NCBI RefSeq assembly: GCF_009914755.1
Contig: NC_060926.1
DNA from: the human T2T-CHM13v2.0 reference genome, Homo sapiens
Strand: one strand, 5' to 3'
Length of the DNA stretch: 64,000 bases
A program made the translations under genes and the position numbers. Below the pieces are notes generated by a model. The model searched no databases, was not told the origin of the DNA, and was given only the letters and a program-made list of their open reading frames with translations. Every line of letters begins with the position of its first letter. The stretch's first letter is position 1. Below are positions 39,801 through 52,816 of this stretch, in pieces.

Positions 39801-40738
39801 TTTAGTGCCATTAAATTTCCTCTAAACACTGCTTTAGCTGTGTCCTAGAAATTCTGGTATATTGTGTCTTTGTTCTCATTGGTTTCAAAGAACTTCTTTA
39901 TTTTGCCTTAATTTTGTTATTTACCCAGTAGTCATTCAGGAGCAGGTTGTTCAGTTTCCATGTAGTTGTGCAGTTTTGAGTGAGTTTCTTAATCCTGAGT
40001 TCTAATTTGATCACACTGTGGTCTGAGACACTGTTTGTTATGATTTTCATTCTTTTGCATTTGCTGAGGAGTGTTTTACTTCCAATTATTAGATCGATTT
40101 TAGAATAAGTGCTATGTGGCGCTGAGAATAATGTATATTCTGTTGTTTTGGGGTGGAGAGTTCTATAGATGTCTATTAGGTCCACTTGGTCCAGAGCTGG
40201 GTTCAAGTCTGGAGTATCATTGTTAAATTTCTGTCTCCTTGATCTGTCTAATATTGACAGTGGGGTGTTAAAATCTCCCACTATTATTGTGTGGGAGTCT
40301 AAGTCTCTCTGTTGGTCTCTATTAATTTGCTTTATGAATCTGGGTGCTCCTGTACTGGGTGCATATATATTTAGGATAGTTAGTTCTTCTTGTTGCATTG
40401 ATCCCTTTACCATTATGTAATGCCCTTCTTTGTCTTTTTTGATCTTTGTTGGTTTAAAGTCTGTTTTATCAGAGACTAGGATTGAAACCCCTGGTTTTTT
40501 TTTTTTTGTTTGTTTGTTTGTTTGTTTGTTTTACTTTCCATTTGCTCGGTAAATTTCCCTCCATCCCTTTATTTTGAGCCTATGTGTGTCTTTGCACATG
40601 AGATGAGTCTCCTCAATATAGCACACTGATAGGTCTTGACTCTATCCAATTTGCCAGTCTATGCCTTTTAATTGGGGCATTTAGCCCATTTGCATTTAAG
40701 GTTAATATTGTTATGTGTGAATTGGATCCTATCATCAT
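36895..40738 (-). pseudogene. L1 ORF2 (endonuclease/reverse transcriptase), fragmented
   Basis: ORF pieces: EN '[16 protein letters not shown]...[11 protein letters not shown]', RT '[10 protein letters not shown]...TGTRQG' and '[13 protein letters not shown]' (catalytic FADD changed to FAGD), C-terminus 'MFTLVSGS'. Many stops and frameshifts. Confidence 0.95.
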
Positions 40739-40798
40739 GATGCTACCTGGTTATTTTTCAAATTAGTTGATGCAGTTTCTTCATAGTGTCGTTGGTCT

Positions 40799-41837
40799 TT
40801 ATATTTTGGTGTGTTTTTGCAGTGGCGGCTACTGCTTTTTCCTTTCCATGTTTAGTGCTTCCTTCAGGAGCTCTTGTAAGGCAGCCCTGGTGGTGACAAA
40901 TCCCTCCGTATTTGCTTGTCTGGAAAGGATTTTATTTCTCCTTCGCTTATGAAGCTTAGTTTGGCTGGATATGAAATTCTTGGTTGAAAATTCTTTTCTT
41001 TAAGAATGTTGAATATTGGCCCCCACTCTCTTCTGGCTTGTAGGGTTTCTGCAGAGAGATTCACTATAGTCTGATAGGTTTCCCTTTGTAGGTAACCTGA
41101 CCTTTCTCTCTGGGTGCCCTTAACATTTTTTCCTTCATTTCAACCTTAGAGAATCTGATGATTGTGTTTTGGGGTTGCTCTTCTCGAGAAACATCTTAGT
41201 GGTGCCCTCTGTATTTCCTGAATTTGAACGTTGGCCTGTCTTATTAGGTTGGGTAAACTCTCCTGGATAATATCCTAATGTGTGTTTTCCAAATTGATTT
41301 CATTCTCCCTGTCACATTCAGGGTCCCCAATCCATTTTAGGTTTGGTCTTTTCACATAGTCCCATATTTCTTGGAGGCTTTGTTCATAACTTTTCATTAT
41401 TTTTTCTCTATCTTATCTTCATGCCTTATTTCAGCACCAAGCTTGATTTTAGTAAGTTGATCTTCGGTCTCTGGTATCCTTTCTTCCACTTGATTGATTC
41501 AGCTATTGATACTTGTGTATGCTTCACAAAGTTCTCGTGCTGTGTTTTTCAGCTCCATCAGGTCATTTATGTTCTTCCCTAAACTGATTATTCTAGTTAG
41601 CAGTTCCTGTAACATTTTCTCAAAGTTCTTAGCTTCCTTGCATTGCGTTAGAACATGCCCCTTTAGCTCAGAGGAGTTTGTTATTACCCACCTTTTGAAG
41701 TCTACTTCTGTCAGTGCATCAAACTCATTCTTGGTCCAGTTTTGTGCTCTTGCTGGGGAGGAGTTGTGATCATTTGCAGGAGGGGAGGTATTCTGGTTTT
41801 TTGAATTTTCAGCATTTTTGTGCTGTTTTTTTCGCAT
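40799..41837 (-). pseudogene. L1 ORF1 (p40), fragmented
   Basis: 'MRKKQHKNAENSKNQ...LMELKNTARELCEAYTSINS' and 'LSAETLQARREWGPIFNILKEKNFQPRISYPAKLSF'. Confidence 0.93.
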
Positions 41838-43317
41838 CCACATGGATTTATCTACCTTTGATCTTTGAGACTGGTGACCTTTGGATGGAGATTTTGTGTG
41901 GGTGTTGTTGATGTTGATGTTATTGCTTTCTGTTTGTTAGTGTTTCTTCTAACAGTCAGGCCCCTCTTCTGCAGGTCTGCTGCCCTTTGCTGGAAGTTCA
42001 CTCTAGACCCTGTTTGTCTGGGTATTACCAGCTGAGGCTGCAGAACATCAAAGATTGCTGCCTGCCTCTTCCTCTGAAAGCTTCGTCCCAGAGGGGCACC
42101 AACCTGATGCCAGCTGGAGCTCTCCTGTATGAGGTGTCTGTTGACCCTTGCTGGGAGGTGTCTCCCAGGCAGGAGGTGCAGGAGTCAGGGACCCACTTGA
42201 GGAGGCAGTCTGTCTCTTAGCAGAGCTTGAGCACTCTGCTGGGAGAATCTTCCTTGTCAGGATTCACTGCTCTCTTCAGAGTCAGCAGGCAGGAAAGTTT
42301 AAGTCTGCTGAAGCTATACCCACAGCCGCCCCTTCCCCCCGGGGCTCTGTCCCAGGAAGATGAGAGTTTTATCTATAAGCCCTTGACTAGGGCTGCTGCC
42401 TTTCTTTAAGAGGTGCCCTGCCCAGTGAAGAGGAATCTAGAGAGGCACTCTGGCCACAGCCACTTTGCCGCGCTGTGGTGAGTTCTGCCCAGTCCAAACT
42501 TTGGTCTCCTTAGCACTATCAGTGGAAAACTGCCTACGCAAGCCTCAGTAATAGTGGACACCCTTTCTTGCACCAAGCTTGATCATCCCAGGTCGACTTC
42601 AGACTGCTGTGCTGGCAGCAGGAATTTCGAGTGAGTGGTTTTTGGCTTGCTGAGCTCCGTGGAATTGGGACCCGCTGAAGGAGACCACTTGGCTCCCTGG
42701 CTTCATCCCCCTTTCCAGGGGAGCAAACAATTCTGTCTTGCTGGGGTTCCAGGCACCACTGGGGTATGAAAAAATACTCCTGCAACTAGCTCGGTGTCTG
42801 CCCAACCCGCCACCCAATTTGTGCTTGAATCCCAGAGGCCCTGGTGGTGTAGGCACATGAGGGAATCCCTGGTCTGCAGATTGCAAAAACCATGGGAAGA
42901 GCATAGTATCTGGGCCAGATAGCACAGTCCCTCACGGCTTCCCTTGGCTTCTGGAGGAGGTCCGCTCCTTGCATTTCCAGAGTGTGGCAATGCCCCACCC
43001 TGCTTCTGCTTGCCCTCCGTAGTCTGCACCCCCTGGCTAACCAGTCCCAGTGAGATGAACTGGGTACCTCAGTTGGAAATGCAGAAATCACCCGCCTTCT
43101 GCATTGGTCTCGCTGGGAGCTGCAGACCAGAGCTGTTCCTATCTGGCCATCTCCTGTTCTTATAATTTTTAAGTGATATAGTGTAAACATATAAAAAAGA
43201 GAAAACTGTGTTGAGTATAGATAGTTCTGTATAAATATTTTGATAACATTTGATTTTTTTTAAAAAAGAAAAAGTTTAGACACTGCAGTTTTGTTATTTC
43301 TTGAGAATACTGGGCTA

Positions 43318-43410
43318 TATATATATATATTTTTATATATATATACACACACACATTGGGCATTATATACATATTTCATCTTGTATATATACGTGTATAT
43401 ATATGTACAG
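43318..43410. repeat. (TA)n/(CA)n low-complexity tract
   Basis: tatatatatatatttttatatatatatacacacacaca... Confidence 0.75.
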
Positions 43411-43534
43411 TTTTTTATGATGCAGTCAGTTTTATACAGTATTATTTAACTCACATCATTTAACAAATGAGAAACTTTAAAAAGTATTAGAAGTTATTCA
43501 CTTCCATTATCTGCAATTTATACATTAGCTAGTA

Positions 43535-43680
43535 TTTCATTCATTCATGTAGTCATCCACATATTTTTCCTTTCAATCAGCATATATGTATTGATGATCC
43601 ATTATTCTAGCCACTGTGATCATTTCTGGGATGCAATGATACTCAAAACTTAATTCTTGCTCTCATCAACATTACAGTTA
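43535..43680 (-). mobile_element. L2 3'-end relic
   Basis: 'ttcattcattcat...tattgatgatcc...ccactgtg...ctgggatgcaatgat...cttgctctcat'. Confidence 0.5.
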
Positions 43681-46044
43681 GCTGAAAACAACCACAAACA
43701 AAGAAAATGAGTATGACCAAGTGCAAGCTGTAGATTCTCTAACTTGCTACCAAACTTGAAAATAGGAGACAGATTTTTTTTTTTCAATTACACTGCTGGA
43801 AACCATGAATATCCTGAAGAAACTATTTGAGTATGGAGAATGAGATTAGATGAGGAAGTGCAGATGATGGCCGGCCAGAAAATGATGTGCTTCTGAAAAG
43901 CATGAACATGTGAAATAAAATTATGACTGCAAAGATGCTGTGTGTTTGCAATAATTAGCCAGGTGTGGCCCTGCTGATAGTGCTTGGCAGAATTATCTAT
44001 AGAACAGAAATGGAAAGTTTGCAGAGGATTGTAATTTAAATAGAACAGCTACTCTGTGTAGGGAAAAGTGTAAATGGAGAAAAGTGTAAATAACAGCTGG
44101 CAGTAGTTATGTGTCTCAAAAATCCAATAGTGTTCTGTTTTTGAATATAGGTTAAAGTAGATCTGATATGCCAGTGCTTTTTTTAGGATCTGGAGTCCTA
44201 GAAGTCTGTAGAAACAGAGACTGGTGTAATTTTGTGCTCTGCAGGATGTAGGCGCTCTTGGTTTACTTATTTGATAAACCTGCTGTGAACTACTGGGAAA
44301 ACTTTATTATTTCAGAAACGTTTTGTCAATCCAATGTACACTTATTCCTATATCAGTTTTTAAGTCTATCTGTTTTTAAAAGCCTATCCATACACCTGGT
44401 AATAAGAAGAGAATGTCTAATAACCATGTCCATACCACGGTTGGTGGTATTATCACACTACTCTTTCAATATAGACTGATGGTGTTACATGACAAGCTCT
44501 TGAAAATTTCATGAATAATCCTTCTTCTACTTACAGTGAATGGCATTCCTGGATTAACATGTTTAGGTTATAAAACAATATGAATTTGTGTGTTTCTAAT
44601 TTTTCAGAAGGAATATGCAACTTTAGATTCTCTATCTTGCATTTTCAGGGATATTTTTGTTTTATAGTATCTGTTATTCCTGTAAAATGTGATTCTTAGT
44701 GATAGGTATATATCTGGCTATTGTTTAGTAAGCAAGGTTTAAAAAACCTCAAATTATATAGGAAGCATCTTTAATTTTGATAATTCTATAATTTAAGAGA
44801 ACACAGTTGGCATTATGAAGCTGAAAACAACAAAAAAGAAGAGTATAACCAAGTGTAATCTACAGATTCTCTAACTAGCTGCTGAACTTAAAAATAGGAG
44901 ACTTTTTTTTCAATTATGCATGTTTGCCTGTGAAGTCTGTTAAACATGGTTTTTTGTTTTGTTTTGTTTTGTTTTTTTGCTGATTACAGCACTCCTATTA
45001 ATTCGGAAAACCAAATCAACAATCATGCTAGAGTAATAGATTCTTAATATCAGAAGAACATAAGAAATTCAAGTAGCTTAAAAATCCATATTTTGCTTGA
45101 TACTATCTATTATTGAGTACTTTTGTTGACAGCAAACTCATTAATCTTTAGGACCTCCAATTCTGTTTTTACATGTCTCTAGTTGTTGGACCTTACACTC
45201 TCAGCTATTGGCATTTTCTCTCTAACTACAGTGAAGAGCTGTGCCTTTTCCTTTTAGTAGTGTGATTTCATCATCTCCCAAAAAGTAGCCCTAACATCCT
45301 TGCTCTTTTGATAATCATGTAATAAAAATCAATTTTTCTTTCTGGTATTTTTGTTGTTTTGTTCACAAAGCTTTAATGTTTAGATGTCTTAATACTTATC
45401 ATTTTTGTAAATCCATGCTACTCTTTTTTATTGGTCCCTGATTACATGCATGTATTTTTAAAATTTGTCTTTTTTTTTTTTTTTTTTAATCAGTGTCTCC
45501 TGGAAATCTCTGGGCAGCGCTATCTACTATATATATTTCTACAGTTTCCACTTCTTTTTATTTCTTCTTGGTGTAAATGGTCATTTTGTATTTAGAATTC
45601 ATTATTTTTGTTTTTCTTTTAGTCTCCTACAATGGAAGCGGACTTAGGAACTTTTTAAAGGAATGTGTCTTCCGACAATTGAGGCGTGTAACATTTATCT
45701 GCTTACATGGCTGCTCCTGTTGCCCTCTCATATAAAGGGATTTGCTTCTGTGTTCATACAGAATTTACTAGCCTAAACAACAATTTCCAACCAAAACGTT
45801 TCGCCTACTTGTAGGAAAATAAAAATATTGTAACATGTATTTTATAATTATGACCCAATTTAGCTTTGATTCTCCAACACACTGTACTTAATTTATTTTC
45901 CTGCCTTTTAAAGAGCCACTGAAATTGTATCTCATGGCTGGTTACTCAGGAATGCTACATTGCAAGATGTAAAATAACCTTTGCTAATAAGCTTTGAATG
46001 CAATTATTTTCTACCCAAAAATCATGGTAAAAATATCAAATAAA

Positions 46045-46364
46045 GGCCGGGTACGGTGGCTCATGCGTGTAATCCCAGCACTTTGGGAGGCTGAGGTGGG
46101 CGGATCACAAAGTCAGGAGATGGAGACCATCCTAGCTAACAGGGTGAAACCCCGTCTCTACTAAAAAAATACAAAAAAAAAAAAAAAAAAATAGCCGGGC
46201 GTGGTGGCGGGCGCCTGTAGTCCCAGCTACTCGGGGGAGGCTGAGGCAGGAGAATGGCATAAACTCAGGAGGCGGAGCCTGCAGTGAGCCGAGATGGCGC
46301 CACTGCACTCCAGCCTGGGCGACAGAGCGAGACTCCGTCTCAATAAATAAATAAATAATAAAAA
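46045..46364 (+). mobile_element. AluY with expanded middle A tract and (AATA)n tail
   Basis: Y diagnostics 'gagaccatcctagctaac' and 'ggagaatggc'. A-rich imperfect TSD. Confidence 0.97.
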
Positions 46365-49164
46365 TTTAAAAATCAAGTAAATAAAGAGTTTTTTAAGTTG
46401 TATATGCAGTATGTTATTTCCATGGTGCAGCAGAGTTTTCTAAGTTTTCTTTTTTTTTATCAAATATATTGTTTTTGGGGTGATGTCTCCTACTCCTCTA
46501 ATAATATGTAGGAGACATCTTACTAGAATGATAACTGGCTTTTTATTTTGATAACCTAATTCTTTTTGTTTTTCCTCACCACTTTTTCTTGACATGTGGT
46601 ATAACCAATGAAAAGCCTAGAGATATCATTTTTAGAATGCGGTTACTTCTAAGATAATATTTAACATATCACTTATTTGTTTATTAGCTTCTCATCTATA
46701 GATATGATCTTTAAATGCTTTAATATTCAAAGTACTTGATTTACCTTGCCTTAAACTAAGAAAATTAATGCAAAATTATTGTTTCTTTTCATAATGCACA
46801 ATGGATATAAACTAAAATTTTAGTAAGTTCATGAGTCTTTTAGTGAGTTTTGTTTGTTACTTTATGATTTAATGAGTTCTAATCATCCACTTTAAAAAGT
46901 ATGTTGACAAGTTCACAGCAATATGTTAACCTCTATCTGTTTTTATCTTTTATATGACAGGTTGATAGTTAACTTTTTCTTGTAACTCCAATTTTGTTGA
47001 ATTGTTATAAGAGTAGCAGTTGAAAATCACTCTGCCCTCCATTTTCCGAGAACCAGATGAAATAGTTGCTGTTGTTACATTTACCAGAGAGAATGTAAAA
47101 TTTACTTAAATCAGCCTTTATTCCTCTCAAGTTCCAAGAAAGGAACACTCTTAGTTTCCTATTGCTAACCATTGTTCACTCTTGTGCCTCCTCATCTCAA
47201 CATTTTTCGACCAATTGTAGGATAGTGGTAGGGAGTTCATTCATTTCTTTTCATTCTTTTTTTTTTGGGAGGGTTAGGCAGAAGCATATGACAGTCTACT
47301 GAAGAATTGCCATGGGTGAAAGGAAAGGGAGAGAGAAAATGGTTTAATGGTTTTACTTCCACAGGACATGATCATTTCTGTAGGTAATGCTCTGGACTGC
47401 AATGGCCATTTTCCAGTTCTGAGATAAACTAAGCCAAAATGTTGAGGGTAACAGAGAGAAATAACTAGCATCCTTGATAATGCAATTGCCACATCCCTTG
47501 AACTGTTCTCCCTTAGTGCTTAATGTTATATTAAATAATAATTACATTATTGCTTTAAAATGTTTTGATTCAGGTCTTCTTATACTTGTAGTGAAACATA
47601 CAACCCTTTTTATCTTGTGATTAAAGCCCTTTAATTTCTCTAACCTCATTTATTCACCTGTGATTGGAGCTTCCATTTTATTTAAATTTCTTTCCTTTAC
47701 ACTTTTTTATTTCCTTCTCTTCATACTACAAGTAGAGAAGATGAGAGACATTAAAACTAACGGGATGATAAATTAAAAGAAAGGAGTTGGGTTGACTGTA
47801 ATATTCTACTCCAATTATATTTAATAGTATTGACTCTGTGAATAACATTATAGAAATCAAGAACTAGAAAGCAATAAATGTTTATTATTTTTCATATCAC
47901 TGGTCACTGGTCAATATGCTAAGTGTGTATCACACTAAATACATATTTTTAATGGTTATATATCTTCCCAGAACTTTGTTAAATAAAAATATAACATTTA
48001 AAAGTATTTTAATAATTTTACAGCTCAAAAACTTAGTAATGCAGAAAATATTTCTCTTTAAATTTTTCTGAAAGCCAAGCTTGATCTTTATATTGAGCTC
48101 CCATTTTGCTTGACAGAAGGGAACTTTTAAATCCCCAGAAATTTTACTTCCAAAGTCATTCACTGAGAATATAGTATATTTTAAAGTTAAGTTTTGTCAA
48201 ATTCAGATTTTTCCTCCTCAACTTTTTTTATTTCTGTTGTAGAACCTGTATTCCTGTGGCTTTTATGGCATTGCAATATTTCATGAAAAAATAGTCCACA
48301 CTCATTTTATGGTGGCATCCCTGAAAAATAGTCAGCCCACACAGACTTTAATTATTGGCACCAACCCACAGTGGCTCTTGTCAATATATCCATTGTCCTA
48401 TTGCACTTTTAGTGATGCTCAACTGCTTTTCCCTAACCTGGTTTTCAGATCCATTTGAGCCACTGGTTTGCCATCAATACTGCCTATACCCTTTTAATAG
48501 TCCCAGAGACAGTTTACTGTGTTTCCTTCATGCGGGGTATTTGAAGATATCAACAAAACCTCTCTGTTCCTAACATTTCATGCAGTGGTCTTATTTCAGG
48601 ATAGAACTTAAAACTGATAGGTGAGGCTGTCACCAGTCCTTTTTGTGATATTTAATATGCTACCAAATATTTATAAAATTTGAAAGCAAAGTAAGTATGG
48701 CATAAGAAGTGACTTGAATATCCTTATTAATCATTGACATATTAGAATACAGCCAAGTGGAAACTTGCAGAATTTTAGCGTTGCCACTACTAGAAGCATT
48801 CTTTGGAATGGAATGCTGCTTCCTAAGAATTAGAACTGCCAACAATAGTTTAGGTGGGGCATTGTCCTCCCTCTCTCCCTACCACCAAATCCCAATCTTA
48901 ATCAGCTCTCTCCTCAATCACCCATGTAAATAAGTACCTCTTTAAGATACCTTTTATTACAACTAGATCTCCATGACTAAGGCCTGCTTATATAGAAAGC
49001 AGAATATGACTCTGTCATAAGTACTCTCACTTTGTTATGTAGGAGATATTCAAATTTGCAGTTTTTTACAGTAAATAGATCAAATAAGTACAAACTCTTT
49101 TATTTAGTATTCCTTCGTAAGTAAAACATGATGCTTATGAACTTGATTCTAAACTATTTTGTTT

Positions 49165-49426
49165 ATTTCAAACTTTATTTCATTTATAATTCACATAATA
49201 AGTGTACATATTGTGCAATGTAATGGTTCAATTCATGGATACATTGTGTAATGATTAATCAAGGTAATTAGCATATCTATCACCTTAAACGTTTCATTTC
49301 TTTGTGGTGATAATATTCAAAATTCTCTTGCTATCTTAAAATATCCTATACATAATTAATAGCTATGGTCACCCTACTGTGTAATGGAACACTAAAACTT
49401 ATTCTTCCTGTCTAACTGTAAATTTT
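49165..49426 (-). mobile_element. L1MA-type 3' fragment
   Basis: 'atacattgtgtaatgattaatcaaggtaattagcatatctatcacc...gtcaccctactgtgtaatggaacac'. Confidence 0.8.
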
Positions 49427-50565
49427 AGAATCTTGATATAAGTCTCATCTCTTACTTGAATGAGAATTTATTTTTCCAATATTTCTAAGAAGATTAGTCA
49501 TGGTTCTAGGAACTCTCCGATCAAATTATCTTTTATAGTCCTGTGGTCTCTTAAAAATTATAATTTTTTAAATCTTAGTGAAAACTGAAAAAAAAAGTAT
49601 GACTGTTAATTCCTTTTATCCAGTAAATAACATCATCTGTGTGTCCTTTTCTCAAAAATACATATTTCATATTATTGCAACAAATAGAACTTTGCAAGAG
49701 TTGCACATTACTGAAAAATATATTTATTCAAAAATTGTACTAGGTAGATCTTTATTGTTACTCTTAATTAGCTTTGGACCCATCATAGATAATGGAGCTG
49801 GAATCAGACATCATCATGGCCAATCATTTTTTGCTGCAGGGAGAAAAGTTTAAAGAACAAAACAGCTCTCTTCTGTTTGAAACGGATATCTGATTTGAGG
49901 CAAAATCTTCTGAATCTCCTTCTGAATCTATAGCTGATACTGTTGTGGCAATATTTGAACATTGCATAATAGCATTTGGAGCATAGCTGATGACTTTCCT
50001 TTAGCCTCTTTGTACTCTGAAATTTCTACCTCATTGCTTATCTTAAAAGAAACAAAATCAAGCCTAGTTTACTGAAGCTACTCCTGACTTTCAGCCAGAA
50101 CCGAGTATACTGAATTTCTGACTGTATTTTATTGTTAGAGTTCTGAAAATATTGAGTATTTTTTTTTTTTTAGTTACTTAACTTCTATCTCCTTATGATA
50201 CACACCTTCACATATTTGGTCCTATTCTTCTCTCCGGAGCAACAGAAGAAATGAATACAATCTTTTTCACATAAGTCTATTTGGGGGAAACTGTATATGT
50301 CCTGGCTATCTCCAAGTCCTTTCCTTTGCTATATTGCTATTCCCTTGTTCTTTAATCAGTCCTTACCATGTTTTAGTACTACGTTGTTGAAACACCAGGA
50401 AATACCCTAAATGTAGATTAATACATAGACGTCAAGTTAAATCTATCCTTTAAATGTAAATAAAACATTCAAAACATGGGAGCATTTTTATCTTTTCTAT
50501 CAGAAAGGCTTTCACTTTTTTCTATCTATATCAAAGGTAAAAATGCACCTGAATGTCTTTGCACC

Positions 50566-51063
50566 TGTATGAGTGATTGATTGCCACAATAATGCTGAGT
50601 GACAAGCCAGTATAAAACCTTATCATAATAGAACAATAAGCATTGATTGCTTACACATCTGGACTCAGCTGGGGATTGGTAAGGTGCTTCAGTTGATGAA
50701 CCTTAAATTTAATCAAAATTTTAGAGGTTGGCTGGCTATTGGCTAATCTAAGTTGCCTTTGGCTAGAGTGACTGGATGGTGAGCTTTACTCCCTAATTTA
50801 GTTTCTTTTGAAATAAGCCAGGACTTGCTTTGGCTGTTTATGCATGTGCACAAAAGTGTGGCAAACACTGAAGAGCATAAAAGGTAGAGTGCAAATGTGT
50901 AAGCATTTTCAAGCCTCTGCTTGCACATTTAACATCCCATTGCCTAAAGAAGTTCATATAAATAAGCCCAGAATCAATATAGCAGAGTACTACAAAGTTA
51001 CCTAGCAAAATGGGAGGATGAAAGGAGGGATGAAAATTTGGGGCCAGTTTTGCAATCTACCTA
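50566..51063 (-). mobile_element. Old MLT1 MaLR solo LTR
   Basis: Antisense start 'tgtatgagtgattgattgccacaataatgctgagtgacaag', end 'tgaaaatttggggccagttttgcaatctac'. Confidence 0.7.
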
Positions 51064-51517
51064 GAAATGCTTAATTCGGCAAGTATTTAAAAAGAGTCTG
51101 TGAATTCAACTCTGTGCCAGGAGGTCTGAAGGTTTTAAAAGAATAAACATGGTTTCTAATTCTATGATAAATGAGCTCACATTTATTGTTTATAGTGATG
51201 ATAAAATTTTAAAAATGATTATCGACTTTGCATTAGCTGACATACTACATGCCTGTTAATAGTTGAGCTAAATTACAGCTTGTTAAAATTGTGCAATAAA
51301 TCATCATGAGGAAAAAAGGAGAATCCAAAACTACCAGTTGATCAGTTATTTAGAAATAAAAAACTGAACTTATACCTGAAAAGCTTTACCCCAGATTTAA
51401 TGAACCTGAAATTATCTTCCATATCTTTAAAGTGGTTCTGAATCTGTTCCTGGTTTTTTAGGCTAAATGTGTAAGGATCTTCCTGAGATTTGAATAAATA
51501 TAGAATCATGACAAACT

Positions 51518-51628
51518 GTCCTCCTTTCTTCCCTCTTCCACTCCACTGTTCCCCTCCCTCCCTCCCCTCTCTTCTCTTCCTTTCTCTCTTTCTCTCTCCC
51601 TCTTTTTCCTCCCTCTTACTTCCTTTTT
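51518..51628. repeat. CT-rich polypyrimidine low-complexity tract
   Basis: tcctcctttcttccctcttcc...cccctccctccctcccctctcttctctt. Confidence 0.85.
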
Positions 51629-52816
51629 TGTACTAAATAAAGTCTGATTTTGTAAGTTATTAAGTGATGAAAATGTCTGAATATGGTTTATCATAAGCAA
51701 TAAATAATCTAAAACTCTTTAAAACAAGTACATATAATTATTTTCTTTAGGTGATAAAAGTGACATTTGATTGTCATGATCCATTTCACTTCATTTCCAG
51801 CATGCAACAGAATCATCATAATGCTTCATGTGATAATTGAACCATTTAACATTTATGTGACAGACATGAAAATACTAGAAAATATAAAATATATTAATCC
51901 TTTTGCCATGTATTTTGTATAATGACATATTTTCTACCAGATTAGGTTTCAAATAAGATTATACAATTCCAGCTTCACTTTTGGCTACCCTTTTTTTTAT
52001 ATTTTACTTCAACCCTGGTATATTTCTTTCCATTCCTCAAATATACTTTCTCTGAATACAGGTTGTCTTTTTCTTATAAACTTGTTTTTTTGAACTCTTA
52101 AATCAAGAGAGACCTTAACCTCCATGAGATCATGGTTAATGTCTGAGTCACTCATTATTTTGTCCCTGGGTGTCTAGTAGAAGATTCAATGTAAAATAGG
52201 CTACAATAAATATTATTAAGAGAATAAATAATGTTTATTTTATACATGAATAAATTCTGTTTCTCTGCCTTATTGTTTCCATTTGATGCCTTGAATAAAC
52301 TCCTTTTTCATTCTCATTTTGTCCCTAGGTGATAATTCTAAACAGAGTTAGCTCTGCTGATTAAAACCCATAAAACCCGTAGGAATTTCTGCCCCACTCC
52401 CATGCTCAGTTCAGACCCTCTAGGATTGTTCAGCACTTACAGTTCCTGCTTGTCTAGAGTACGCCTTACTGCTAAGAATGTAGATGAGCATATGGGTTCT
52501 ACAATATTGAAGTAAGGATAATGCTTGTTATTAATCAAGAAATTTTTATTTTTAGATCAAAAAGTATGACAAATTATGCATTATATGTTTGAGTATATTA
52601 TTCATTGAAAAATTTCTTAAATATTTTAATGTTATTATTTGTGAACCTTTAAGAAAGATTTACTGTTTGATGATCATCTCAAACTTACTTTACTATTGAA
52701 CCTTGTGTGTTTATGAATCATCCACAATATTATCTGTGCTATACTTTGAAAACACTACAGGCAAATTAAGAATATAATCATAAGACTAATTCAAATTTTT
52801 GCAATGTGACAGTTGA

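Larger units (their letters stand above)
36674..43151 (-). mobile_element. Full-length L1PA8-like LINE-1 (~6.48 kb), inactivated
   Basis: 5' UTR start (antisense 'gagctgttcctatctggccatc'), ORF1, ORF2 and 3' UTR all present. 19-bp TSD tcctgttcttataattttt at 36655-36673 and 43152-43170. Confidence 0.98.

Noticed and set aside
42534-43190. Overlapping 70-134 aa ORFs
   Set aside because: They lie in the GC-rich L1 5' UTR, where stops are rare. No intact ORF0 could be supported.
47365-47383. Possible 19-nt microexon (ccacag|...tag|gtaatg)
   Set aside because: Suboptimal donor, frame-breaking, chance-level signal.
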